Source: Candidatus Hydrogenedentota bacterium (GTDB taxonomy: Bacteria; Hydrogenedentota; Hydrogenedentia; Hydrogenedentales; SLHB01). Taken from it: a DNA stretch of 64,000 nt. Location of the stretch: positions 96,001 through 160,000 of the forward strand of contig CAXXYE010000009.1 of the NCBI GenBank assembly GCA_963674865.2. Reading direction: 5' to 3'. The translations under genes and the position numbers were made by a program. The number at the start of each line of letters is the position of its first letter. The stretch's first letter is position 1. Shown one piece after another: positions 20,895-30,965 of the stretch. The notes beneath the pieces were generated by a model, which was not told the DNA's origin, ran no database searches, and saw only the letters and a program-made list of their open reading frames with translations.

Positions 20895-23800
20895 GCCGCC
20901 CGACGCGGAGTTCTCCGCCTCCGCGGCGGCCTTCTCTTCCAGATCCCGGATCACCTCTCCGATTTCCAAGAACCGGCCTCTTCGCCGTTTATCTGAGCCA
21001 CGTTCCTGTTGAGATACCTCTATTCCGTATTTCTCGGCAGCGGCCTTCAACACAGGAAGTGCTCGGGGCTCGCCGATCTGTGCTAGGGCATTTGCTGCAA
21101 CTCTGCAGATCTCCGAAGGTTCGGAACCTTCCTTGGCCGTTTCGCGCTCGACAAGGGCCATCAGGGCCCCCACCGCACGTGGATCGCCGATGCCGCCGAG
21201 AGTGGCCGCGGCTTCGGAGCGCACCGTATCATCCGGGTCGTCTAGCGCCTTGATCAAAGGTGGCACAATGCGCCGGACACCGACATATCCGAGGCCGGAC
21301 ACGGCAGCCGTCCTCACTTCTGCGGCCGGGTCGCCAAGGGCCTTCAGGAGCGTGTCGATACCTGACTCACCTAGCCGGGACAAGACTGCGGCTACACGAC
21401 ACCGGCCCTTGGGACGTAGGCTATCGAAGCCGGCCTGGATTGCTGGCACCCCACTTTCACCCAACTCCAGCAGAGCGCCGGATGCCGTATTCGCCACGTT
21501 ATCCTCTGCATCGTCGAGCACGACAACAAGCGCCGCGGCCGCACGCGTATCTTGCAGCGCGCCCAATCCAGTGACGGCCATGGAGCGCACCCTCGCCTCC
21601 GGATCCGTCAACGCGCGGATCAAACCTTCAAAGGCTTCCGGCGCTTTGATCTGATAGAGAGCCGAAGCAGCCTCCAGCCGCACGGGTGTGCTGCTATCGT
21701 TTAGCGTTAGCACCAGCCCTTCGACAGCCCGCCCGTCCTGCAGTTTCCCCAACGCGCGGGCTGTTTCCCCGCGAACGTGTTCGTCCGGATCTCGAAGCAA
21801 CGCAACAAGCGCCGGCACCGCCTGCGTATCCCCGATGTCTCCCAGCACCTGCGCCGCAGACTGGCGAACAGGGAGATTGACGGTGGAATACTTCGCCCCT
21901 TGCCAGCGGCCCGCTACTGGCAGCCCCGTCTCTTTTGAGCCCAACGCCAGAATGAGGGGATCCACCGCGTCAGCGCCCAGGTTTCGCGCGCCCACCCACT
22001 GCTCGGTGACAACGTAGAAAGACGCACGGGCCGCTCTCTCACTGGGCATAACGTTGAGCTTCTGTAGCGCCTGCCCCGCCTGCCTACGGACCTCGAAGTC
22101 CGGATCCGCCAGGAGGCCAACAAGGGCATCGGCCACGGCCTTGTCGTCGCGGAAATACGCCAATGCGGCCACGGCGGCGTAGCGGACATCCGGCCGCTCC
22201 GTGGTATCCCCGGCGCGCGCGAGCAGAGCCTGTCTTGCCTCGTCTGTTCCGAGCATGCCCAAGGCCATTGCCGCGCCCGCGGCGATATCGGCGTTCTCGT
22301 TGTCGATAGCGGCCAGCAATGGCGCCTCGACGACTGCTTTATCGAAGCCGGCCAGCGTAACCGCCGCCTCCCTACGGATAGAGCCACGCCCTCCGGAACG
22401 AAATGCCTCGATAAGAAGGGGCACGGCCGTCTCCGGCTTGAGCTTGCTCAATGCCTCGACGGCGCCCGTGCGAAGGGGATAGCTCTCAGCCTGCACGGCC
22501 AACGCCAGGAACTCGGACACCTGCGGATCGTCAAAGCGCGCCAAGGCATCCGCTGCCGCAGCGCGCACTGCGTCATCTTTCTCCTTCAGCACCGCCACGA
22601 GATGCTTGATCGCCGATGGATCTCCCAACTCGCCGAGGGCCTCCGCCGCCGCCGCTTGCACCCGCGGCGTCTCGTCTTTCAGCGCCTTGACGAGGCTCCC
22701 CACGACGGTTCGGACGGCATCCGGCTCCCCGTGGAAATCGCCCAGCTTCTGCGCGGCCACCTTCCGCAGCCACCAATCCTCGTCCTGCAATTGCACGAGC
22801 AGCGTGCTCGCCTCGTCCATCGCGTCGTGTTCGGCGTGAGCGGAGGGCGCTGCCTCAGTTGGCAGTGCGTCCGGCGCCGCAGGGAGAACCGGAGGCGTGG
22901 GCACAGGCGTTTGGACAGCCTGTGGCCCCTCAACGGCCCTCGTAACAGCGTCCTCCACCCTTGCATCTGCGATGCTGGGCACGAGCGCTTCGAGTCGATC
23001 TTTCACCGATGCCAAGCCGATATCCTCGATCGCGCGCAGGAAGACCAATCTAGTGTCCCTGTCATTTTGCTCATTCGCGATTCCGGACACCAGCGCGTCC
23101 AAGGCGTCCGCCGCTTTGAGTCGGCCTAGCGCTTCAGCCGCCAGTCTCGGGACGTCGTTATCCTCATCGCGCAGCGCGACGACGAGCGATGGCGCCGCGC
23201 GCATATCGCCAATCCGGCCGAGTGCTTGCGCCGCACCCCTTCGTACGCCAAGGTGGCCATCCCTCAGCGCCGTGCAGAGTGGCTCGACGGCCCGGGCGTC
23301 ACCGAGGGAGATAAGGGCCGTTGCCGCGAGTTGACGGACGTCCCTCTCCGAATTTCGGAGTGCGAATGCCAGCGGCTCGACCACGTCCGGCCCGCCAATA
23401 GCCTCGAGCGCGCGCGTTGCTTCCACGCGGGGATCCCTGGCAGGATCACGAAGCAGTGCGGCCAAGGCATCGATCGCCCGCGCGTCCCCAATCCGCCCCA
23501 GCGTCGCCGCGGCGTGCCACCTAGTTTCCGCTTTCTCCGCTTTGAGCGCGGCCATGAGCGGTTCGAAGGCCGCGTCACCGAGCGTCGCCGCCAGATCCCA
23601 GTTGCCCACGGCGACGTAGTACGCCGCTTGTTTCGACGGCGCTTCGGGAAGGTAGTGCCGGCGCTCGAGCAATCTCGCAGCCGCCACCCGGTTTTCGTAC
23701 AGCGGATCATCGAGCCCCCGCGCGATGGCCTCGCTGACGTCATCGCCGTGGAAATCGGCCAGAGCCTCACGCACCGCCCGCCGAAGCGCCGCGCCATCCG

Positions 23801-25820
23801 CGTCCAGTAATGACATGAGCGCCGCTTTGGCCGGCTCACCACCGACGTCTCCGAGCGCAAGCAACGCGCCCTTTCGCGTCGCCGCATCACCGCGCTTGAG
23901 CGCCAAGGCCAACGGCGGCGTCACTTGCTCCGGCGGCAAGTCCGAAAGGGCGGATATGACGCCCTGCTGTATGGCCTCATCGCCGAGGGCTCCGACCAGG
24001 AGGGCGATAGCCTCGTCCGTGCCGATCTTCCCCAGCGCCATGGCCGCGCCTCGACGCATCGGGCCGTAGTTATCTCGAAACGCCGTCCTCAGCAGCTTCA
24101 TAACCTGCGGATCGTCGATTCTCGCCAGCGCCGCCGCCGCCGCGGCCACCCTCCCGGGGTCGTTTTCCTTCAATGCCAGTACAAGGGGCTGAATCGCCCT
24201 CGGATCGCCGATATTGCCAAGCGCTTCCGCGGCAGCCGCCATAACGTGCGGGTGATTGCTACGGAACGCCGCGACAAGCGCTTCGGTGAAGACGCGATCA
24301 CGTGTAGCGCCCATCTCTTGCGCCGCAACCTTCTGCAGCCACCAGTCATTAGAGTTCAACAACTGGTTCTTCAGGGCGTCGGCGGCTTCGGTAGCGACAA
24401 CCGACTCGTATTCCGAGGCCGGTACATCGGGCGCTGTCTTGTCAGGTTCTCCCGCGTCAATTGCCGCCGCGAGCAAGACAGGTTCATCCACGATGATCGC
24501 GGCGCCGTCGGCCGCCGGACTGCTCTTCGGCGGCTCGTACATCCAGAAGGCCAAGTTCCATCCGCGGATAGTCTCATCAAACACGCCGGCCGCCAGCCTC
24601 GCGAACACGGATGTAGGCCCCCCGGCCGCCGGCCTCGCTACCTGCGCGAAAACCGTCAAAGCCAACGCCGCACCTACCACCAAGGCGAACACGCCCCGCC
24701 GTGACAGGCGCGCATGCGGCGCCGGGCCTTCGAGAAGCCGCAGAATACGCCGCCGCAACTGCGACGGCCGTCCACCGGCGCTCAACGCCGCCACATGTCT
24801 ATCATGGATCCCGATGCCCTGGCTGATCTCGGCCAAGTGCAGTAGCGATTCGGCGTAGGCGACGGCCTCGCCGCCTCCGTTAAGCGCCAAGTCGTCGCAC
24901 GCCTCCTCACGCTCGATGCGGATCAGGCGCGACACATACCACACGCCGGGATGGAAGAACAGCACCGCCTCAACAATGCGTTGGAGAATATTGATCAGGT
25001 GGTCGTAGCGGCGGATATGCGCCAGCTCGTGGCGCAGCAACAACTCCAATTGGCCCGGCGACAAGCCCGCGCAAAGCGATATCGGCAGCAGCACCATCGG
25101 CCGGAACACGCCCACCACCGTCGGCACCACCACCTGTTCGCAGTACGCGATGACAGGCGCCCCGTGAAGGCCGAGCGCGTCCGCGTGACGCGCGATGGCG
25201 TCGAGCAGCGCCGCGTCCTCCACCGGGCTGCCCATGCGCCGAAGCCTTTGCCCTCCGTGCACGGCCGCCGCCACGCGGGCCAGCATCACGGCAATCCCCA
25301 GCAGGTACAGCAGCGTAACGTGCCGGGCATACCGATCCCAGGCCACGCGGCCCCGCCACGCCCAGAGCGATTCGCCGGGCGATGCGGGCGATGCCTGATC
25401 AGCCGCCGCGGGAACAGCAGCCACGGCCTCCAAACGCTCAAGCGCGTTGGCGTCCACCTGCGCGGGCGCCGCGACGCCGGCCAACACTTCGCCGGCCGTC
25501 GGGACGGGCGCATCGAGCTCCATCTCCGTGGAAATTCCGGCGCCGGCGCTTGACGCCGCCGGCACTTCGACTGCGGGCGCGGGCTCCTGCGCCCCGCCCC
25601 ACAGGGACAACGCCGTGAAGGTGATGGGAGGACACACCGCCAACGCCGCGAAGATCAGGCAGAAGGCCCCGTATCGGAGCCGGGGCGAAGTCCGCCGCAT
25701 GAACATGTTGCCCAGGAGCCATGCCGCCAACGCCAGCAACGCCCCCTGCCACACGAAATGCGCCAACGTCAGCACCAGCCGGACGCAAAACGCTTCATCG
25801 AAATAGCTTAGAAAACCCAT
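20886..25820 (-). CDS. BlaR1-type M56 metallopeptidase fused to a very long HEAT/PBS-lyase repeat region
   Basis: N-terminal TMs, HELAHIRRYD zincin motif, FFHPGVW, EREEACDD, further TM, then many HEAT repeats (VRxxAAxALG). Confidence 0.92.
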   Translation of the reverse strand: MGFLSYFDEAFCVRLVLTLAHFVWQGALLALAAWLLGNMFMRRTSPRLRYGAFCLIFAALAVCPPITFTALSLWGGAQEPAPAVEVPAASSAGAGISTEMELDAPVPTAGEVLAGVAAPAQVDANALERLEAVAAVPAAADQASPASPGESLWAWRGRVAWDRYARHVTLLYLLGIAVMLARVAAAVHGGQRLRRMGSPVEDAALLDAIARHADALGLHGAPVIAYCEQVVVPTVVGVFRPMVLLPISLCAGLSPGQLELLLRHELAHIRRYDHLINILQRIVEAVLFFHPGVWYVSRLIRIEREEACDDLALNGGGEAVAYAESLLHLAEISQGIGIHDRHVAALSAGGRPSQLRRRILRLLEGPAPHARLSRRGVFALVVGAALALTVFAQVARPAAGGPTSVFARLAAGVFDETIRGWNLAFWMYEPPKSSPAADGAAIIVDEPVLLAAAIDAGEPDKTAPDVPASEYESVVATEAADALKNQLLNSNDWWLQKVAAQEMGATRDRVFTEALVAAFRSNHPHVMAAAAEALGNIGDPRAIQPLVLALKENDPGRVAAAAAALARIDDPQVMKLLRTAFRDNYGPMRRGAAMALGKIGTDEAIALLVGALGDEAIQQGVISALSDLPPEQVTPPLALALKRGDAATRKGALLALGDVGGEPAKAALMSLLDADGAALRRAVREALADFHGDDVSEAIARGLDDPLYENRVAAARLLERRHYLPEAPSKQAAYYVAVGNWDLAATLGDAAFEPLMAALKAEKAETRWHAAATLGRIGDARAIDALAALLRDPARDPRVEATRALEAIGGPDVVEPLAFALRNSERDVRQLAATALISLGDARAVEPLCTALRDGHLGVRRGAAQALGRIGDMRAAPSLVVALRDEDNDVPRLAAEALGRLKAADALDALVSGIANEQNDRDTRLVFLRAIEDIGLASVKDRLEALVPSIADARVEDAVTRAVEGPQAVQTPVPTPPVLPAAPDALPTEAAPSAHAEHDAMDEASTLLVQLQDEDWWLRKVAAQKLGDFHGEPDAVRTVVGSLVKALKDETPRVQAAAAEALGELGDPSAIKHLVAVLKEKDDAVRAAAADALARFDDPQVSEFLALAVQAESYPLRTGAVEALSKLKPETAVPLLIEAFRSGGRGSIRREAAVTLAGFDKAVVEAPLLAAIDNENADIAAGAAMALGMLGTDEARQALLARAGDTTERPDVRYAAVAALAYFRDDKAVADALVGLLADPDFEVRRQAGQALQKLNVMPSERAARASFYVVTEQWVGARNLGADAVDPLILALGSKETGLPVAGRWQGAKYSTVNLPVRQSAAQVLGDIGDTQAVPALVALLRDPDEHVRGETARALGKLQDGRAVEGLVLTLNDSSTPVRLEAASALYQIKAPEAFEGLIRALTDPEARVRSMAVTGLGALQDTRAAAALVVVLDDAEDNVANTASGALLELGESGVPAIQAGFDSLRPKGRCRVAAVLSRLGESGIDTLLKALGDPAAEVRTAAVSGLGYVGVRRIVPPLIKALDDPDDTVRSEAAATLGGIGDPRAVGALMALVERETAKEGSEPSEICRVAANALAQIGEPRALPVLKAAAEKYGIEVSQQERGSDKRRRGRFLEIGEVIRDLEEKAAAEAENSASGGSE

Positions 25821-26209
25821 CAGTCATTGCTCCCCGTCTTATGCTCGACCAGCTCACGAAGCCTGGCCAGCTCATCCTCATCAAGATCGCCCGTCTCGAG
25901 CAGGTGAAGGGCCGCCGCCGCCGCCGAGCCGTCAAAAAGCCGGTTCACCACATCACCCACCATATCCCCCACCGTGGCCTGCCGGCTGACGCGCGGCGCG
26001 TAGACGAAGCTGCCGCCTTCTTTCGTCCGCCGGAGGTACTTCTTCTTCACCATGATATTCATTACCGTCATCACCGATGTGTACGCCAGATCCCGGAACG
26101 GCTCAATCGCGTCCCGTACCTGCCGCACCGGCTGTGGCCCATCCCGCCAGAGCGTCTTGAGTATTTCCAGCTCCAACTCCGTCGGATAACGTGACGAACT
26201 CCGCGCCAT
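25820..26209 (-). CDS. BlaI/MecI/CopY family transcriptional repressor
   Basis: TELELEILKTLW, LAYTSVMTVM, LFDGS; ATG 26209 with GGGAGG RBS; its stop overlaps the M56 gene start by 1 bp. Confidence 0.93.
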   Translation of the reverse strand: MARSSSRYPTELELEILKTLWRDGPQPVRQVRDAIEPFRDLAYTSVMTVMNIMVKKKYLRRTKEGGSFVYAPRVSRQATVGDMVGDVVNRLFDGSAAAAALHLLETGDLDEDELARLRELVEHKTGSND

Positions 26210-26231
26210 GTTCTTCAATCCTCCCGGTTGG

Positions 26232-26277
26232 CTACTAATTGATTAGTAGATTACCGCGAGCCGGGGCGCGTTGTCAA
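26232..26277 (-). promoter_or_regulatory. Sigma70-like promoter with overlapping palindromic BlaI-type operator
   Basis: TTGACA (26277-26272), 18 bp, TAATCT (26253-26248); perfect inverted repeat CTACTAAT-tg-ATTAGTAG at 26232-26249. Confidence 0.75.
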
Positions 26278-26466
26278 GAACTTTTTTTAATTCGTTAGTA
26301 GGCCCAGAAAGCTCGCCCAAAAGGCACTTTCGGAAGGGCTTAAGATCCCGTTTCTCACGCCATCTACTTCTACAAACGCAGGGACTATGCCGTTACGTCA
26401 GCTATGAAGAGGCCGCGTCTGTCGCCGCATCGGACTTTCATCAGACGGGCATGATAGAATCGTGAT

Positions 26467-29400
26467 ATGGGCGTTCCCGAAGTGAAAATCCCGGCAACTC
26501 ACCCGCCACGACGACGGCGTCGACTGCTAGTCATCCTTATTTGCGTCGTCCTCGGCCTCCCGGTGGCGTGGAAGATCGTCGAGCGCATCGTCAACGTCGA
26601 TCGCTTTTGTCCGCAAGTCGTCGCCGCGATTGAGCAGGCCACGGGCCTCCCCGCTTCGGTGGACGATCTCGACCTCGATCTATTCCCCCTGCCGAGCCTC
26701 GACGCCTATGCCGTGCGCGTGGGCGAAAACGATTTCGAGGCCCGCGCGGATAGCGTCGAGGTGCGCCCCCGTCTACGTAGCCTCTTGCGCGGTGCCATTA
26801 CGGTGTCCCACATCGGACTCGACGGACTTCGGATTACCATCCCCGACAACAACGCCACGCTCGCCGAGCGCGTCCGCACCCTCCAATCGGCGCTCTCATC
26901 AGACAAGGATCAGTCAGACACGGGGAAATCAGGCGTCGCCGTGCGGCGTATCGTGGCCGAAAGTGTGCGCCTTTACCGCGGCGCGTCCAAGGACAATGAA
27001 CCGGCCGCCGTGGCCGATGTTGAGCTGCGCGACGTGCTCAGCGATCGGATGCTCGTCAAGGGCGCTTCCGCAGTCCCTTATCTCGGGGAAACCGCCCGCG
27101 TCCGCGTGGCCCTCCACATCCTCCGCGATAAATCGACGCACGCCTTCGCGGGCACCGAAGGCATCGTTCGGCTCCGCAACGTGGACTTGGCGGCGCTGGC
27201 GAAAAACGCGGAAGCGCCCGAAGCCATCCTCGATCTCGATGCCGACCTTCAGACGGAGGCCACCGTGCCTCTCACCTTCGCCTTGTCCGGGAAGGCCGTG
27301 GGCCAGACAGCCAACGCCGACAGTCTGTCCGGCCCCATCTCCGCCCGGGCCGTATGGGATAGCGGCGCCTTTCGGATGGAAGACTTCGCCTGGCAAGGCC
27401 GCAGCCTTACGCTCCGCGCCAACGCAAGTCGATCCCCCGACGGCGCCATCGCCTGCAAGGTTTCCGAGGCAGAGGTAATGGCCCCCGCGTTACGCCTATT
27501 GCTAACACTCACCTCTTCTGGCGCCGTCCGCGCTGTGCCCACCGAGACAACCTCCCTCAATGTCAGCGGCCTGGCACTCGCCGCCGGGGCCGGCGGCTCA
27601 ATCGCACTGAACGCAGGAAACGCCGCGTTCGATGGCATCGATCTCGCGCTCACTGAGGAGACCGCGCTCCTCTCCGGACTCCGGGGACGGGCGGAAGTCC
27701 GGGAAGGCGTCCTGCACGTCACCGAACTGGCAGGGAGCGGCTTCGCGCTGTCCGGGACGCTCAGGCCGGACTTCGCCGCGAAGACTACGGTAGTTCACCT
27801 CCAGGGAGGCGCCGATCTCGCGGCGCTCTGGCCCGAGGGGCCGCCTTTCCCGAGCGCTATAAAGGACTTAAGCGGACACGTTACCTTGGGGCAAGTCTCA
27901 TGCACATTAGGCACCGGCCTCGGCTTTCCTCCGGATCTGGTTGTGGAAGCGACACTCAAAGACGGGCGCGTGTCCGTCGAATCAGCGGCCTTTTCCGATG
28001 ATTTTGATCCGATTTCCGCCCGTTTTTCTACCGAAACCGGCGGAATTTCGGGGGATATGGCCGCGGAATCAGCCACATTAGGCGCGTTGCGCGGTGCGGG
28101 CCGCTACGACTTCGCCGAACGGCAATGGGAAGGCGCCATGTCCGCCAATCTTCCCCGGCTTGCACAATCTTTCCTAGCCAACACAAAGGCGGAGGAACCG
28201 GCCCTAGCCGCCCTAAACGCTTACGGCGCATCTACTTTCGACGTTCAGGCCCAGTGGCCCGGGGCGGAGAGCATATTTGCGTCCCTCAAGTTTGCCCGGC
28301 AAGGGGAACCTGCCCTCTCGGGAGAAGTCGAACTCCTCGGCGGCGCGGACGGCATCACCCCCGGCGCCATGGCGTTTCGCGCGGCGTTGCCGCTGGACAG
28401 TCTGGCCGAAATCCTGCCGGGCGGCGTCACGTGCACCGGCGCCGCCCAGGCAACCTTCGCCCGCACAACCGAGGATCACCAGTTCGCTGCGCGCGTGGAC
28501 CTCACCGGTGCTGGGATCGCGGTGGGACAGTACATCGAGAAGAAGCCGGGGCAATCGGCCGTCCTGGACGTGACGGGAGACGCCGCCCCGGGACATTGGG
28601 CACCGGCCTCCGCAATGCTGGATCTCCTTGGCGAGACGCTCTCCGCACGCTTCGAGGAAGGAGGCGTGCACGCGGATGACTTCAGCGTGGGCCTCGGCGC
28701 CTTGGCGGCCTTGCTTCCTGAGGGCGCTACGGCAAGAGGCTCGATCCGTGGCTCGTTCGCTGCGCCGCCGGCAAGCTTGCGACTCGATTTCGACGACGCC
28801 GGACTCGCGTTGACGCCCGAATTAGCCATCGACAGCATTACGGGCGGCGTATCGTATGACTTCGGCAATATCACGGTTCGCGAACTCCGCGTGCAGGGCG
28901 CGCGATCCGACTGCACACTGTCCGCGGGCATGAAGAACGGCCTCTGGCAAGGCACGCTCGCGGGCGAAACGCTCGATCTCGACGCCCTGGCCGTGTTTTG
29001 GGACATGGCCAAGGCCCTGCGCACCGACGAGAAGTCCGCGCCCGCACCGGCCGCATCGAAGCCGCTGGAGGGCGAGTTCGCCATTGCCCTGAACCACGTC
29101 TACTTCCACGGAGAACCGCTCGAGCAAGTGCGCGCCGATGTAGGACTCTTCCCGGAGGCCATCCGCGTTCCCAATCTGGCGCTGGGCCTGGGCGAGGGCG
29201 CCATCACTGGGACGCTCGAGATGACGCGCGCCGCGCAGGATCAGTACGGGACATTCGCCGCGGCCTTATCCCTGGAGAATGTGGGCATCGAGGCCATCGA
29301 CCGCGTCGCCTTCCCGGAGCCGCGGGGCATGGCGGGAAGCCTCTCCGGGACGGTGCGCTTCTCCGCGCCCGTTGGCGCCGGCCCACCCGTCATGAACGCC

Positions 29401-29901
29401 GCGAACGGGGCGGTCGAACTCGAGGCCACGAGCGGCACTTTCGGCAAACTGGGGTTGGCTACGAAACTCCTGACGGTTCTCCGCACAACGGAGGTCTTCA
29501 GCCTGCGGCTTCCCTCGTTCAAGGACACGGGCCTCGTCTATGACACGTGCCAAACCACGATGGCCATGGAGAACGGCGTGCTCACGATCAAGCAGTTCAC
29601 GCTGAACAGCCCCAGTCTCGAATTGACGGCGGCGGGAACGGTAGACTTCCCCGGCGATGCGACGAATCTCGGTGTCCGGGCCAACCTGTTCGAGGGAATC
29701 ACCGGAGTCGTGTCGCGCGTTCCCGTCGTGGGCGCGGGTGTGGAGAAGATGAAGAAGGTGACGGGTTTGCGCTTGAGCGGCAAAGGCTCCCCGTACGACA
29801 TCAAGTTCCGCGTAGCGCCCGGACAGCGTGTCGAGGGATTGGTCGAGAAAACCGAACAGAAGGACGAAACACCCGACGCGTCGCCGCCGCAGACACCGTA
29901 A
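26467..29901 (+). CDS. AsmA-like (repeating beta-groove) intermembrane lipid transport protein
   Basis: N-terminal TM anchor, IEQATGLPASV AsmA-N-like start, beta-rich body, AsmA_2-like C-terminus (GTVDF...GSPYDIKF). Confidence 0.75.
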   Translation: MGVPEVKIPATHPPRRRRRLLVILICVVLGLPVAWKIVERIVNVDRFCPQVVAAIEQATGLPASVDDLDLDLFPLPSLDAYAVRVGENDFEARADSVEVRPRLRSLLRGAITVSHIGLDGLRITIPDNNATLAERVRTLQSALSSDKDQSDTGKSGVAVRRIVAESVRLYRGASKDNEPAAVADVELRDVLSDRMLVKGASAVPYLGETARVRVALHILRDKSTHAFAGTEGIVRLRNVDLAALAKNAEAPEAILDLDADLQTEATVPLTFALSGKAVGQTANADSLSGPISARAVWDSGAFRMEDFAWQGRSLTLRANASRSPDGAIACKVSEAEVMAPALRLLLTLTSSGAVRAVPTETTSLNVSGLALAAGAGGSIALNAGNAAFDGIDLALTEETALLSGLRGRAEVREGVLHVTELAGSGFALSGTLRPDFAAKTTVVHLQGGADLAALWPEGPPFPSAIKDLSGHVTLGQVSCTLGTGLGFPPDLVVEATLKDGRVSVESAAFSDDFDPISARFSTETGGISGDMAAESATLGALRGAGRYDFAERQWEGAMSANLPRLAQSFLANTKAEEPALAALNAYGASTFDVQAQWPGAESIFASLKFARQGEPALSGEVELLGGADGITPGAMAFRAALPLDSLAEILPGGVTCTGAAQATFARTTEDHQFAARVDLTGAGIAVGQYIEKKPGQSAVLDVTGDAAPGHWAPASAMLDLLGETLSARFEEGGVHADDFSVGLGALAALLPEGATARGSIRGSFAAPPASLRLDFDDAGLALTPELAIDSITGGVSYDFGNITVRELRVQGARSDCTLSAGMKNGLWQGTLAGETLDLDALAVFWDMAKALRTDEKSAPAPAASKPLEGEFAIALNHVYFHGEPLEQVRADVGLFPEAIRVPNLALGLGEGAITGTLEMTRAAQDQYGTFAAALSLENVGIEAIDRVAFPEPRGMAGSLSGTVRFSAPVGAGPPVMNAANGAVELEATSGTFGKLGLATKLLTVLRTTEVFSLRLPSFKDTGLVYDTCQTTMAMENGVLTIKQFTLNSPSLELTAAGTVDFPGDATNLGVRANLFEGITGVVSRVPVVGAGVEKMKKVTGLRLSGKGSPYDIKFRVAPGQRVEGLVEKTEQKDETPDASPPQTP

Positions 29902-29916
29902 CGGACATCGCAAGGT

Positions 29917-30864
29917 TTGGAGACATTTCACGTGACGCATGACGTACCGCCCGGGCCGCCCCGGATTCAGATACAAACACAGTCGGCCTGCAATGGCCGG
30001 TGCGTGTTCTGTCCGTATGAGGAGGCCGTCCGCTCGGGCCTGCCGCAAGGGCGCATGGCCCCGGAGCTATACCGCAAGATCATCGACGAGCTGGCGGAAT
30101 TGCATCCGCGCCGCATCAGCCTCTACCTCATGAACGAGCCTCTGCTCGATGATCGCCTACCGGAATTCACGCGCTACGCGGCGGAGAAGGTTCCCGACGC
30201 CACGACGCTGATCACGAGTAACGGCACGCTTCTCGATGAAGCACGGGCCGAGGCATTGATCGACGCCGGCTTGAAGCGCTTCAAGGTGAGCCTCCAATCG
30301 CTCGATAGCGAGATCAACCGGAAGCTCATGCAATACAAGTCCAGCAGCGAGGACGTGGTGGCGAACGTGCTCGCCATGAAACGCGTCAAGGACCGCAAAC
30401 GGGCGAAGCACTTCGACTTGCGCGTGTCGACCATCATCACCAACATGAACGAGGGAGAGATTCCCGCGGCGCGGAAGTTCTGGAAGAAGCACGACATCCG
30501 CTTTGTAACCTCCGCCCTCGAGAACCGAGGCGGCAACAGCGAGGTGGCGACGCAATTGAATCCGCACGCTATGCAGGCCCGCGGAGGCTACTGCATCCGC
30601 CCCGTACGGGAGATGTGCATCCTTTTCAATGGCGACGTGGTGCTCTGCTGCGTGGACTGGTTCCGCACGGTGGTGGTGGGGAACGTGGCGCGGCAGTCCA
30701 TCCGCGAGATCTGGAACGGCCCCCCGCTCGAGCGCATACGCAAGGCGCTCCGCGAGAACGCCCCCGGCCAGCCGCCCATCTGCCGCGACTGCACCGAAAG
30801 CGCCTGCCCCGACAGCCACCGGCGGGGACTCAAGGGCCTGCTCAGGCGGCTGCGCCGGGCGTAG
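29917..30864 (+). CDS. Radical SAM protein with SPASM/twitch domain
   Basis: CNGRCVFC motif, NEPLL, C-terminal CIRP...LCCVD...CRDC. Confidence 0.9.
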   Translation: METFHVTHDVPPGPPRIQIQTQSACNGRCVFCPYEEAVRSGLPQGRMAPELYRKIIDELAELHPRRISLYLMNEPLLDDRLPEFTRYAAEKVPDATTLITSNGTLLDEARAEALIDAGLKRFKVSLQSLDSEINRKLMQYKSSSEDVVANVLAMKRVKDRKRAKHFDLRVSTIITNMNEGEIPAARKFWKKHDIRFVTSALENRGGNSEVATQLNPHAMQARGGYCIRPVREMCILFNGDVVLCCVDWFRTVVVGNVARQSIREIWNGPPLERIRKALRENAPGQPPICRDCTESACPDSHRRGLKGLLRRLRRA

Positions 30865-30965
30865 CATCCGCACCGGACGTCCCGCTCCGGGAAGTATTGG
30901 AGGAGCATTGTTCGAGCGCACCGTCTCCGCCGGTGGGAAAGATGGGCATAGAGGAGTTCCAGACG

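Noticed and set aside
29917..30864. Radical SAM/SPASM as a second maturase for the graspetide
   Set aside because: About 9 kb away, in a different operon, with no RRE-like extension or adjacent precursor
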